From contig JAEOSU010000048.1 in NCBI GenBank assembly GCA_016840165.1, forward strand, positions 1 to 64,000: 64,000 bases of DNA. Direction: 5' to 3'. Positions 17,941-27,737 of the stretch are shown piece by piece; position 1 is the stretch's first letter; every line of letters starts with the position of its first letter. Source of the stretch: Promethearchaeota archaeon (GTDB lineage Archaea > Asgardarchaeota > Lokiarchaeia > Sigyniarchaeales > SOKP01). Made by a program: the position numbers and the translations under genes. Below the pieces are notes generated by a model. The model was not told the DNA's origin. It made no database searches and worked only from the letters and a program-made list of their open reading frames with translations.

Positions 17941-19221
17941 ATGAAAATAGATTATGGGAAAAACGGTCTGGAAATATCCGTTAATCCGAATTGGAATTTA
18001 ACCATTTTACGACCCATTAATCAAAAAATTATTACAAAACCTATTAAAGCAATTAAAGAAGCTATCCGAAACCCCATTGGAAGTATTTCTTTAAAAAACA
18101 TAATCCAAAAGAAGAGGAAGGATAGCAATGTTTGTATTGTCATTGATGATGCTACTAGACCTGTTCCAAGTCATCTTATCCTCCAGGCACTCATCGAGGA
18201 ATTAAACAATTATGGAGTCAAAGATGAGAATATCTTAATATTAATTGCCACAGGATTACATAGGAGTTCGAATGATGACGAAATTGAGAGGATGGTGGGA
18301 CAAAAATTAATCAATAGAATAAATATTAAGAACCATCAATCCACAGATAAAGATAGCCTGGTATTTGTAGGCAAAACGTCCACAAATAGTCCAATATATC
18401 TTAATAGGTACTACTATGAAAGTGATGTGAAGATTCTTACTGGTTACGTTGAACCTCATTTCTTTTTTGGTTTTTCTGGGGGAAGTAAATCTATTGTGCC
18501 GGGGATTGCGGGGGCTGAAACTATTCAAGCCAATCATTCTGCAGAAAATATTGCAGCTCCATATTCTCGTTTTGGTATATATGAAAAGAATCCAATGGCT
18601 GAAATCTCAACTGAAATTGCTCATATCGCAGGTGTTGATTTCACTATTAATGTCTGTATCAATGAAGAACACAAAATTACTCGAATTGCTGCAGGAGATT
18701 TATTAAAAGTTCATGATCATCTCGTAGATTATCAATTAAAATATATCTTTAAAGAAATTTCCAAACCATACGATATTGTAATTTGTGGAAATGGAGGATA
18801 TCCTTTAGATATTAATTTATATCAAGCAGTTAAGAGTATGGCAATTGGAGAAATGGCAGTAAAAGAAGGAGGGACTATTATTTCTGTGAATGAATGCTCT
18901 GATGGTATAGGTGTAGGTCAAGATCATTTTAAGGCATTACTCTTTTCAAACTTAAAGCCAATAGAAATTTATGAGAAAATTCGAAATCATCAAATCATGG
19001 TTCCTGATCAATGGGAAATCCAAATCTTGGCACGTATAATGATGAAAGCAGAGATTTTTGTAATATCCAAATTACTTGAAAATGAAATTGGCAATATTGG
19101 ATTAAAATATGCAAGTAGTGTCGAAGAGGCTATAGAATTAGCTCTTCATAAGCATAGAAATGATGCTAGTATCTTAATCCTACCAAATGGCCCTCAATTA
19201 TTACCTTTAGTGAGAAATTAG
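17941..19221 (+). CDS. larA: Nickel-pincer lactate racemase family protein
   Basis: DDATRP, ATGLHR, EPHFFFGFSGGSK, GYPLDINLYQAVK. Confidence 0.88.
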   Translation: MKIDYGKNGLEISVNPNWNLTILRPINQKIITKPIKAIKEAIRNPIGSISLKNIIQKKRKDSNVCIVIDDATRPVPSHLILQALIEELNNYGVKDENILILIATGLHRSSNDDEIERMVGQKLINRINIKNHQSTDKDSLVFVGKTSTNSPIYLNRYYYESDVKILTGYVEPHFFFGFSGGSKSIVPGIAGAETIQANHSAENIAAPYSRFGIYEKNPMAEISTEIAHIAGVDFTINVCINEEHKITRIAAGDLLKVHDHLVDYQLKYIFKEISKPYDIVICGNGGYPLDINLYQAVKSMAIGEMAVKEGGTIISVNECSDGIGVGQDHFKALLFSNLKPIEIYEKIRNHQIMVPDQWEIQILARIMMKAEIFVISKLLENEIGNIGLKYASSVEEAIELALHKHRNDASILILPNGPQLLPLVRN

Positions 19222-19463
19222 AACTTAATATATCTATAGGATTTATAAAATATAATGGGATAAGATACCCATATAACATCTGTACGGGCACATATAACAA
19301 AGTCTAACAGTAATATTTTTAAATATTGGAGTTACTTAATATTGCATTGGATAATACTATTCAGTATTGCAAAGTTCGTTTTGAATTATAATTTAAAACG
19401 ATTACATTTTTGTATCTGAATTTAAATAGTATACTTAGAATTAAAAAATGAAATGTGGTAAAA

Positions 19464-20393
19464 ATGAGTTATAGAGACCGACTACGATCTGTCAAAGAGA
19501 ACTCTGAAACAAAAGCAGGTAGTTGCAGTGAACAGTGTTGCGATAATCCTTGCATTGAATCAAGAGATGGCGATAATGTCTGCCTAAATTGTGGTATGAT
19601 TCAAAGCCGAAATCTTGTAGGAAATGAGAGACGTGCATATACTGTAGAAGAGGTTAATAAAAGAAGAAGAACCGAACCTCGGTGGAGAGAATTCGGACCT
19701 CGCACTATGCTACCAAATACCAAGATCGACTCAAAGGGACGTCTGATCAATGCAAAAGGCAAAACACTATTTTCCCGCTTATCTAAGATTCAGAATTCGT
19801 TGATTTCGAGTATCGAAAGAAATTTCTGGGAAGCAAAGCCAAAATTGAAGATGCTCACATCTAAAATGAATATCCCTGAATATATCAAAGAAACAGCGTG
19901 GAAAATTTATAGTGTAGTTGCTAGGAAAAAATTGACTATGGGACGTTCCATTGATGGTTTTATCGCCGCATCCCTCTATGCAGCAATCCGAGTACATGAA
20001 TTTCCACGCCTTCTTGAAGAAGTGTGCGATGCATCCATGACTCCTCGAAGAACTGTGCATAGAAGTTTAGGGATGGTAGTAAAAGAGGTCCTTCCAGAAA
20101 TTGGATTGAAATATAGACCGATTACAGCTGAACAATTAGTATTTCGCTTTGGTAATGATTTAGGTTTACCAATGGAAGTTCAAAAGAAAGCCATCAATAT
20201 GTTGACTGAAGCTTCAAAAAATGGGTTATTGCGAACCGGAAAAGATCCGAAAGGATTAGCCGCAAGTGTCATTTATATGGCCGCAAAGGCAAGTAATTGC
20301 CGTAAAACTCAAGCAGAAGTTTCTGAAGTTGCTAAAGTTACAGAAGTCACCCTCAGATCTAGATCAAAGCAGATTAAATCAAAGTTGGTATAA
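19464..20393 (+). CDS. tfb: Transcription initiation factor IIB
   Basis: N-terminal zinc ribbon (VCLNCG), ERRAY B-reader, two cyclin repeats (GRS...AASLYAA; GKDPKGLAAS..Y; TQ.EV..VA.VTEVTLR). Confidence 0.95.
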   Translation: MSYRDRLRSVKENSETKAGSCSEQCCDNPCIESRDGDNVCLNCGMIQSRNLVGNERRAYTVEEVNKRRRTEPRWREFGPRTMLPNTKIDSKGRLINAKGKTLFSRLSKIQNSLISSIERNFWEAKPKLKMLTSKMNIPEYIKETAWKIYSVVARKKLTMGRSIDGFIAASLYAAIRVHEFPRLLEEVCDASMTPRRTVHRSLGMVVKEVLPEIGLKYRPITAEQLVFRFGNDLGLPMEVQKKAINMLTEASKNGLLRTGKDPKGLAASVIYMAAKASNCRKTQAEVSEVAKVTEVTLRSRSKQIKSKLV

Positions 20394-20408
20394 AATTAGG
20401 AAATAAAA

Positions 20409-20480
20409 TTTTCTTTATCTTTTTGATTAGCTATTTTTAAAATTTTTTTGTTTCTTATTTATTTTTTTATTTTCCTTTAT
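20409..20480 (+). terminator. Oligo-T-rich archaeal terminator region after tfb
   Basis: Several T runs immediately downstream of the tfb stop codon. Confidence 0.4.
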
Positions 20481-20540
20481 ATCTTAGGATATTAAAGCTT
20501 AAAGCTTAAGCATATATATTCGTATTTTATTTGAATTATA

Positions 20541-21281
20541 ATGTCTTACATTGAAAAAAAATACAAGAATAATATTTTTGAGACTTTTAATGAGCTTTCA
20601 GAGTTTGAAAAAGATATTTTAAATTTATTAAATCATAAATCCATCGCTTATACAGATAAAATTGCGAAACTGTGTGCGATTTGCAACAAGAAAATTAATC
20701 TTATTTTAAAGAAATACTATCCTGAAATTAAAAATATCGATGATAAATTAAATATTAAGGTATATCTCAAGTTTTATTACGATCTCATTGATAAGTTAAC
20801 GGATTTAGTTAGAAATGTAGAGCAGTTTCAGAACCTAGATGAAAATTATTATAACACTATAATCGATTTCATTTTAAATAAAGAAATTTTGATAAAGGGA
20901 AAATATAGGGATATATGCTCTAAGGAATTAACTTCTTTCTATGATAAAGAAACAAGGACGCAAATAGAGAAGATTTTGATACAAAAAATCGAGAATAAAA
21001 ATCGAGAATTTTTTTCAATGGGACCCTTAGAGGAGGAAATTAAAAAAGTGGCGCGATCTTATGGTGCCACCAATGTTTCGATAAAAAAAGCGGGAGAGAA
21101 AGAGAGAGACTTGATGTCGGATGCTTACTCAATTATCAGCTACGAGATTAAATCAGAGGCTAATTCTGTAGGAATACAAGAAATTGGAAATCGTGTTAAA
21201 GATTTCCTAGAATCTAAAAAGTATTTAGTCATTTTAAAACCTAAACTTATTATAACAAACGCAAAATTACTTCCTGATTGA
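20541..21281 (+). CDS. Hypothetical protein (246 aa)
   Basis: Long ORF with genome-typical composition; no recognised motif. Confidence 0.7.
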   Translation: MSYIEKKYKNNIFETFNELSEFEKDILNLLNHKSIAYTDKIAKLCAICNKKINLILKKYYPEIKNIDDKLNIKVYLKFYYDLIDKLTDLVRNVEQFQNLDENYYNTIIDFILNKEILIKGKYRDICSKELTSFYDKETRTQIEKILIQKIENKNREFFSMGPLEEEIKKVARSYGATNVSIKKAGEKERDLMSDAYSIISYEIKSEANSVGIQEIGNRVKDFLESKKYLVILKPKLIITNAKLLPD

Positions 21282-21420
21282 ATTTGATCATTAAAATTTA
21301 GCTCAAAATTTAGAGGATATTTTATACCTATTTTTAAGTAACTCGGCATAAGTTCTTTTCCTAATAAGCTCTACTAGTAAAATATTTAACGCTACTTACA
21401 TTAGAAAAGATGATTAACAT

Positions 21421-22896
21421 ATGCCAAAAAAGAGAACTGAAATTCCTTTAACGGGTATTACTGTAAAAAAGGAAGACGACTTTTCTGCTTGGTACACTGA
21501 AATATTGACGAAAGCAGAAATTGCCGACATTCGTTATAATGTGAAAGGATTTGTTGTGTATCGAGAATGGGCCACAATTACTATTAAAAAAATGTATGCA
21601 AAATATGAAGAGTTATTAGAAAAGAATGGGCATTTACCATTAACGATGCCCTCCTTAATACCTGAATCAAATTTTCATTTAGAAGCACAACATGTGGAAG
21701 GTTTTACTCCTGAAGTATTTTGGGTCACTGAAGCAGGTAGTTCTGGTAAATTAAGTGAACGATTAGCGCTTCGTCCTACAAGTGAGACTGCTCTATATAA
21801 AATGTATCCTTTTTGGATTCATAGTTATAAGGATCTACCATTTAAAAGATATTTATCCTGTCAAGTTTGGCGTTATGAAACTAAAATGACAAGACCTTTT
21901 TTTAGAGGTAGAGAATTCCACTGGATAGAAGCCCATAATGTGTATGCAACCATGGAAGAGGCTATGGACCAAGTAAAAGAAGATATGGAAATGGCTTATG
22001 AGATGCTTCAAGAAGAATTTGCAATCCCTATTATCTTTTTTGAAAGGCCTCAATGGGATAAATTTCCTGGAGCTGTAGCCACGTTTGCGGCAGATGTACT
22101 GATGGGTTCAGGAAAAGTGATGCAACAGCCATCAACACATTTACTTGGTCAGAATTTTTCAAAGCCATTTAATATAAAGTTTGTAGATAAAGATGGGGAG
22201 GAAAAATATGGCTATCAGACATGTTATGGCCCTGCAATTAGTAGAATCTATGGAGCAATGATAGCTTATCACGGAGATGATAAAGGTCTAGTCTTGCCAT
22301 TTGATTTGGCACCCATTCAGATCATTATTATCCCTATTTTGTTTAAAAGTAAAGAAGAGGCATTATTAAATAAAGCAAAAGAGGTTTTTAATTTATTCAA
22401 GAATCATTATAAAGTTAAAATTGATGATTCTGATGACTCACCTGGAAGTAAATTTTACAACTGGGAATTGAAAGGAGTGCCCATTAGAATTGAAATTGGA
22501 CCTAAAGACTTACAAAAACATCAAGTAGTAATAGTAAAACGACATAATGGTGAAAAACTGGTTGTGAAAGAAGAGAATTTAATTAATAAAATAAATGAAA
22601 TCGCTGAAAACTATACAAATGAGATTAAACATAAATCTTTAATTGATTTTGAATCCCAAATCGAAGAATGTTACGAAAAAGATGCTGCAATAGAAGCAAT
22701 TAACAACGGGAAAATAGTGGCATGTGGATTTTGCTCGATTGATAAGGATGGAGAGAAATGTGCGGAAGTTGTAGAAAAAGATTTAGGTGCTTTTGTAAGA
22801 GGAAAGCGAGTTGGTGAGGAAAAACGGGAGTTCGCTACCTGCCTAATATGCGGAGAACCCGCTTCTTGTACAGTTTATCTAGCGAGGAGCTATTAA
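21421..22896 (+). CDS. proS: Proline--tRNA ligase (archaeal/eukaryotic type)
   Basis: FSAWY..I, LRPTSET, RPFFRGREF.W.E.H, HLLGQNFS, WELKGVPIRIEIG, C-terminal ARSY. Confidence 0.97.
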   Translation: MPKKRTEIPLTGITVKKEDDFSAWYTEILTKAEIADIRYNVKGFVVYREWATITIKKMYAKYEELLEKNGHLPLTMPSLIPESNFHLEAQHVEGFTPEVFWVTEAGSSGKLSERLALRPTSETALYKMYPFWIHSYKDLPFKRYLSCQVWRYETKMTRPFFRGREFHWIEAHNVYATMEEAMDQVKEDMEMAYEMLQEEFAIPIIFFERPQWDKFPGAVATFAADVLMGSGKVMQQPSTHLLGQNFSKPFNIKFVDKDGEEKYGYQTCYGPAISRIYGAMIAYHGDDKGLVLPFDLAPIQIIIIPILFKSKEEALLNKAKEVFNLFKNHYKVKIDDSDDSPGSKFYNWELKGVPIRIEIGPKDLQKHQVVIVKRHNGEKLVVKEENLINKINEIAENYTNEIKHKSLIDFESQIEECYEKDAAIEAINNGKIVACGFCSIDKDGEKCAEVVEKDLGAFVRGKRVGEEKREFATCLICGEPASCTVYLARSY

Positions 22897-23027
22897 AACT
22901 TTTTCTTACTTGTTTTATTATAGTTTTGTGTGTAAAAAAAACATATTATGTGTTAAAATAACATAATTTCATTTTTTGTTATCATTTTAAATAGACTGAA
23001 TTTATATTTTATTTCGAAAGAAAAAAG

Positions 23028-23594
23028 GTGGAAAAAATGGTAATTACAAAAACTTCAGTCTATTGTGGTGAGGATTTCTATTTAAACTCCAATCAGATCC
23101 CTTTTGAAGACATAATTCCACCCGTCATAGGATGTCTTATTTCAGATAAAGATGGTAAAGCTATTGTCTCTTTTGAGGTCTTTAAAGGTGCAATACAATT
23201 TTTCATGAAACAAAAAACGCACTCACATCGAGAAGAAAAACAATTCCAAATTGACCTTATACCGATGTATGTAAGTGCGATTGAATTGCTCTCTCATGAG
23301 CTCAACATACAAGGATTACCTGGAATAGATATAAACGGTGCTAATTTAAAACTCAAGATCATATTTTCTTTTAAAGGATTTACAGCAACATTATTCCTCA
23401 ATCCAACAGTTGATTTTAGCACAATAGAGGAGTTGACGAAAACTTACCTTTCGAATTTATTTGAGGAATTTGACCTGGAACTGAATAATACTAAACATGT
23501 GAGCTCTGATGAGTTCGTTAATTTCTTAGAAAGGGTAGGATTATGCTGGTTAATTGATCTAAATGATGAATATCTACGTTTAACTCAAAATTAA
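23028..23594 (+). CDS. Roadblock/longin-like domain protein
   Basis: GCLISDKDGKAIVS...LIPMYVSAIELLSHEL pattern similar to the other profilin-like-fold ORFs in this window. Confidence 0.5.
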   Translation: MEKMVITKTSVYCGEDFYLNSNQIPFEDIIPPVIGCLISDKDGKAIVSFEVFKGAIQFFMKQKTHSHREEKQFQIDLIPMYVSAIELLSHELNIQGLPGIDINGANLKLKIIFSFKGFTATLFLNPTVDFSTIEELTKTYLSNLFEEFDLELNNTKHVSSDEFVNFLERVGLCWLIDLNDEYLRLTQN

Positions 23595-23623
23595 TTAAGA
23601 AAAAAAAAGAAAAATACAGAACA

Positions 23624-23788
23624 TCAGTTTATTGCACTAATGAGAGATTTATTGGACGATTCCTCAATTATAAAGATAGATTCCTTATCTTGGTATCCAC
23701 AATCTAAACATTTTGCTATTTTTGGAGGGAAATAGCGAATTATTTTTGGTCTTCTCATGCTTGTGCAACTTGGGCATTTATAATACAT
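23624..23788 (-). CDS. Small zinc-finger protein (54 aa), absent from the ORF track
   Basis: Hand translation MYYKCPSCTSMRRPKIIRYFPPKIAKCLDCGYQDKESIFIIEESSNKSLISAIN*; two CxxC pairs. Confidence 0.65.
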   Translation of the reverse strand: MYYKCPSCTSMRRPKIIRYFPPKIAKCLDCGYQDKESIFIIEESSNKSLISAIN

Positions 23789-23930
23789 TTTAAATACCAA
23801 TTTAAGTGATTAAGTTCCAATTACTTAATTCATAATTTAAACATATAAACCAAACGAAAATAGATATTAGCATGGAAAACTTTAATTTAGTTCACTTATT
23901 TTCCTTTTTAAAATTGGATATAAGAAGTAT

Positions 23931-24836
23931 ATGGCGGTAAAAGCTCAGAATATATCGGATATTCATGAAGATGTCTATTTTATTCAAGGAAAAAACCGAG
24001 CGAGATATCCATATTCTAATTCTCTACTCTTAGATAATTATATAATAGATACTGGAATCTCAGGGAAATATTTAAGGAAACTTACACGTACTTATAAAAT
24101 AGAGCATGTTATTCTCAGCCACTGGCATGAAGATCATATTTCTGGTAACCATTATTTACCAGATGCCAAATTCCATTGCCATATTTTAGATAAACCGATC
24201 ATTGAAAATATCGATAAAATGATCCCTTATTATGATATTGAACATGAAGGCGTTGGACAAGAACTGGAAAAAATGTTCACTATGCTAGGTATGAAAGACA
24301 CTCCGATAGATATTACATTTGATGATAACGAAATAATTGACATAGGCGATAGGATACAACTTAAAGTACTACATACTCCTGGCCATACGGCGGGACATTG
24401 TTCTTTCATTGAATTATCATCGAAGATAGGTTTTCTAGGAGATATAGATTTAACTAATCATCCTTATTATGGAAATATCGATGCAAATTTGATAGATTTT
24501 GAAAAATCGATTCAGAGATTATTGAATATAGATTTTGATATTGTAGTAACTGGGCACAGAGATCCAATATTAGGTAAATCATTGATTAAAGAAAAGTTAA
24601 AAAATTATCACAACATAATATTGGAGCGTGAAGAGGGCATTCTTGCTGAATTTTCAGAACAAGATCAACCTATTAATCCCTCTGATCTAAAGAATAAGAA
24701 TCTAATCTATAAAGAATATTCTCTATTTGAAGATTTTGAGATTATTGCAGAAGAATTGATGATTGAAAAGCATTTTAATAAACTAGAATCTATGAACAAA
24801 ATTATATCTCAAGGTATTGGATACATTTTAAAATAA
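23931..24836 (+). CDS. Metallo-beta-lactamase-fold hydrolase
   Basis: SHWHEDHISG, TPGHTAGH, GD, GH. Confidence 0.9.
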   Translation: MAVKAQNISDIHEDVYFIQGKNRARYPYSNSLLLDNYIIDTGISGKYLRKLTRTYKIEHVILSHWHEDHISGNHYLPDAKFHCHILDKPIIENIDKMIPYYDIEHEGVGQELEKMFTMLGMKDTPIDITFDDNEIIDIGDRIQLKVLHTPGHTAGHCSFIELSSKIGFLGDIDLTNHPYYGNIDANLIDFEKSIQRLLNIDFDIVVTGHRDPILGKSLIKEKLKNYHNIILEREEGILAEFSEQDQPINPSDLKNKNLIYKEYSLFEDFEIIAEELMIEKHFNKLESMNKIISQGIGYILK

Positions 24837-24844
24837 TTTAAAAA

Positions 24845-26146
24845 ATGGGAACATCTATGAGCCGAAATAAACCTTTATTATTTGAGGTATACCCAGGACT
24901 AAAAGAAAAGATTCCTTGGGTTCCTATATTATCGAATGTACCCACTTCAGTCGAAAGGCTACGGCAAGTTGAAAAATATTTAGGAATTGAGGGAGGTGAA
25001 CTCTGGATAAAGCGTGATGATAAAGATTATCATATCTACGGAGGAAATAAACTGCGGAAGTTTGAATTTATTTTTGGGAGGATTTTAAAGAAGAAAAGGA
25101 AAGGGGTAATTACCATTGGAGGGTATGGTTCCAATCATTGCTTAGCATGTGCAATTATAAGTAAGCTTTTTAATCTAAAATGCGAACTTTTTTTCTTTCA
25201 CCAACCACTTACTTGGCATGTTCAACAATCTTTACTCCTTTATAATTATTTTAAGGCAAAACTTCATTTTAATAAAGGAATTCTTGGTGTAGCATTCAAT
25301 GCTATTGTTTTTAAGATTTTTCATCCGAAGAATTATGCAATGTTGCCAGGGGGAAGTTTATTTTTTGGTATTGGCTCTCCATTAGGGATTATAGGTTTTA
25401 TAAATGCAGCTATAGAATTAAAGCAACAAATTGATTCCGGAATTATAGAAGAACCAGATGTTATTTTTGTAGCGGCTGGTACATGTGGAACCGCAGCAGG
25501 CTTAATCGCAGGATTTAAATTATTAGGGCTGAAAACCAGAGTTTATGCTGTTGCAGTTAGTATGGATTGGATTGTGAATGCCTCTATTATTATGAAAAAT
25601 GCTAACAAAGCTCTAAAATATTTGAGAAGAAAAGATAAAACAATACCGGATATTCATATTGATGAGGATGACTTTGAATTGATTGAAGGATATCTTGGTT
25701 CTGAATATGGAGTTAAAACAAAACGAGGACAATTTGCTGTTGATAAAGTTGTGGAATTAGAAGGAGAAGAAAAAGGCTTTAAACTTGAAACGACATATAC
25801 TGGTAAAGCTATGGCAGCAGTATTTGATTTTCTTAAATCACAAGAAAATAAAAATAAAAAAGTACTCTTTTGGAATACTTATAATTCAAATGACTTAAGT
25901 AAGTATCTTAGAGAAACTAAAATGGATTTTAGCAAATTGCCTAAAAAGTTTCATAAATTTTATCAAGAAAAAACATTTCAGTGCTGGCAAATTACTGATT
26001 GTCCAGAAAATATTAGAAATAATTGTCCCGCTTACTTGAATAGTGAATATCGATTTTGGAAGATTACTGAATGTAAACTTGATCCAAAAAAAAGCCAAAA
26101 AGCAATTGAATATTTAACAGAAGTTATTACATTGGAAGAAAGCTAA
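24845..26146 (+). CDS. PLP-dependent D-cysteine desulfhydrase/ACC deaminase family protein with C-terminal Cys-rich (CW-like) extension
   Basis: KRDD, GGNKLRK, SNH, GTCGTAAG, LETTYTGKA; tail CWQITDC...CPAY. Confidence 0.85.
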   Translation: MGTSMSRNKPLLFEVYPGLKEKIPWVPILSNVPTSVERLRQVEKYLGIEGGELWIKRDDKDYHIYGGNKLRKFEFIFGRILKKKRKGVITIGGYGSNHCLACAIISKLFNLKCELFFFHQPLTWHVQQSLLLYNYFKAKLHFNKGILGVAFNAIVFKIFHPKNYAMLPGGSLFFGIGSPLGIIGFINAAIELKQQIDSGIIEEPDVIFVAAGTCGTAAGLIAGFKLLGLKTRVYAVAVSMDWIVNASIIMKNANKALKYLRRKDKTIPDIHIDEDDFELIEGYLGSEYGVKTKRGQFAVDKVVELEGEEKGFKLETTYTGKAMAAVFDFLKSQENKNKKVLFWNTYNSNDLSKYLRETKMDFSKLPKKFHKFYQEKTFQCWQITDCPENIRNNCPAYLNSEYRFWKITECKLDPKKSQKAIEYLTEVITLEES

Positions 26147-26151
26147 GAGAA

Positions 26152-27690
26152 TTATTCTTCGGATAATGAACTCGTAAATTTAGAGAAATTTTCAACGATT
26201 CTCAGAAGAATTTGATACATAGGTTTTACATCTGCTATTTTTAATTGCTCATTTGGAGTATGTGCATTTTCAACAGTAGGACCTACAGCTACCATCTCAA
26301 TTCCAGGAATTTTATTTCCTATCTCTCCTGTTTCTAGTCCTCCATGTACAATCGAAGTCTTCACATCCTGATTTAAAATTGCTTCATATTGTTCCTTTAC
26401 ATATTTAAGAAACCTTGATTTTGGTTTTGGTTCCCATTCAGGCAAAACTGGTCGGAGTGTCATGTTCCAGCCACCAAATTCTCCTAATTGTATCATCTTG
26501 CGCCTAAAGCTCTCTAACTCAGTACGGATGAGGCTCCGTGGATATATTTCTATACGGATATTATCCCCAAGAGTATGAAGTATTGCAAAATTATTTGAAC
26601 TTTCTACATTGCCCTTGTGAAAATAGGAATACCGTAATACTCCTTGAGGGATAAGACTTGAAGTCCTTATGACGAGATTGGTATCTTCAATTGAGAGAGA
26701 TTTCGTTGGTTTGTCATATTTCCATGAAAGGGTTAAGTGTGGTTCAAAAACTTCAGTACTTTCTGCGGTAGATTGATAATAATTAGAAATTTTTTCAATT
26801 TCTTTCTTGATAATATCCTCAACTATATTTTTATCTGATGAAGTAAAAGCAAACTTTACATCAGCTTTGCGAGTAATAACATTTGATTTAGTACCTCCAT
26901 TCCATTCACATAAATGAAGGTCAATTTTTCCTCGTAGCTGGGATAAAATTCTACTCATTAATTCATTAGCATTGGCTCTTGGAAGATGAATATCATCCCC
27001 CGAATGTCCACTTAAAAGTCCATCAATGGAGAGCATCATAAAAAGCAAATTCTCATTATCCTTGACTTCATTCCACTCAAATTTTTTTTCAAAAAATACT
27101 CGTCCCCCACACACCGATCCGATAGTAATTATTCCCAATGGACCACTATCAAGGTTTATCATATGTTTGCTCTTAATTCCTAAGGTTTTAACATCTAGGT
27201 TCATCGCTCCGGTAAAACCGTCTTCTTCATTGACTGTAAAAAGTACCTCAAGTGGACCATGAGAGATGTTATCTTGGGTATCCACTATAAGCGCTAAAGC
27301 CAATGCAACGCCAATCCCATTATCTGCCCCTAAAGTAGTACCGTCTGCGTCAACCCATTCATTATTCTCCTGAATTCTTATTGGAATACCTTGTTGATGG
27401 AAATTATAACCATTGGCCCTATCTGTTTCGCAGACCATATCCATATGTCCTTGCAGTAAAAGAGGAGGCACTTGTTCTAAACCTTGGGTAGCCGCTTTTT
27501 TTATTAATATATTTCCTACCTGATCTTCCGTTAATTTTAGCTTCAGATCCTTTTGGTGTGATTGTTGGACTAACCACTCTTTTATGGTCTCTCTAATTTT
27601 ATCCTCATGTTTAGAAGGACGAGGAGTATTTGCGATTATATTCTCAAAGATATCCCAGACAATATGAGGTTCTAATTTTTCCCAAACCAT
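26152..27690 (-). CDS. pepD: Aminoacyl-histidine dipeptidase (M20C)
   Basis: PRPSKHE, LQGHMDMV, TTLGADNGIG, EE, GHSG.DIH, HGGLE, HTP.E. Confidence 0.9.
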   Translation of the reverse strand: MVWEKLEPHIVWDIFENIIANTPRPSKHEDKIRETIKEWLVQQSHQKDLKLKLTEDQVGNILIKKAATQGLEQVPPLLLQGHMDMVCETDRANGYNFHQQGIPIRIQENNEWVDADGTTLGADNGIGVALALALIVDTQDNISHGPLEVLFTVNEEDGFTGAMNLDVKTLGIKSKHMINLDSGPLGIITIGSVCGGRVFFEKKFEWNEVKDNENLLFMMLSIDGLLSGHSGDDIHLPRANANELMSRILSQLRGKIDLHLCEWNGGTKSNVITRKADVKFAFTSSDKNIVEDIIKKEIEKISNYYQSTAESTEVFEPHLTLSWKYDKPTKSLSIEDTNLVIRTSSLIPQGVLRYSYFHKGNVESSNNFAILHTLGDNIRIEIYPRSLIRTELESFRRKMIQLGEFGGWNMTLRPVLPEWEPKPKSRFLKYVKEQYEAILNQDVKTSIVHGGLETGEIGNKIPGIEMVAVGPTVENAHTPNEQLKIADVKPMYQILLRIVENFSKFTSSLSEE

Positions 27691-27737
27691 AATAAATCAA
27701 CTCAATTTTTATATTATTTTTAATTGATTATAAGCCT

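Noticed and set aside
20490-20512. TTAAAGC/TTAAGC short tandem repeat upstream of ORF 20541
   Set aside because: Three short AT-rich units, compatible with chance or a simple promoter element; no further support
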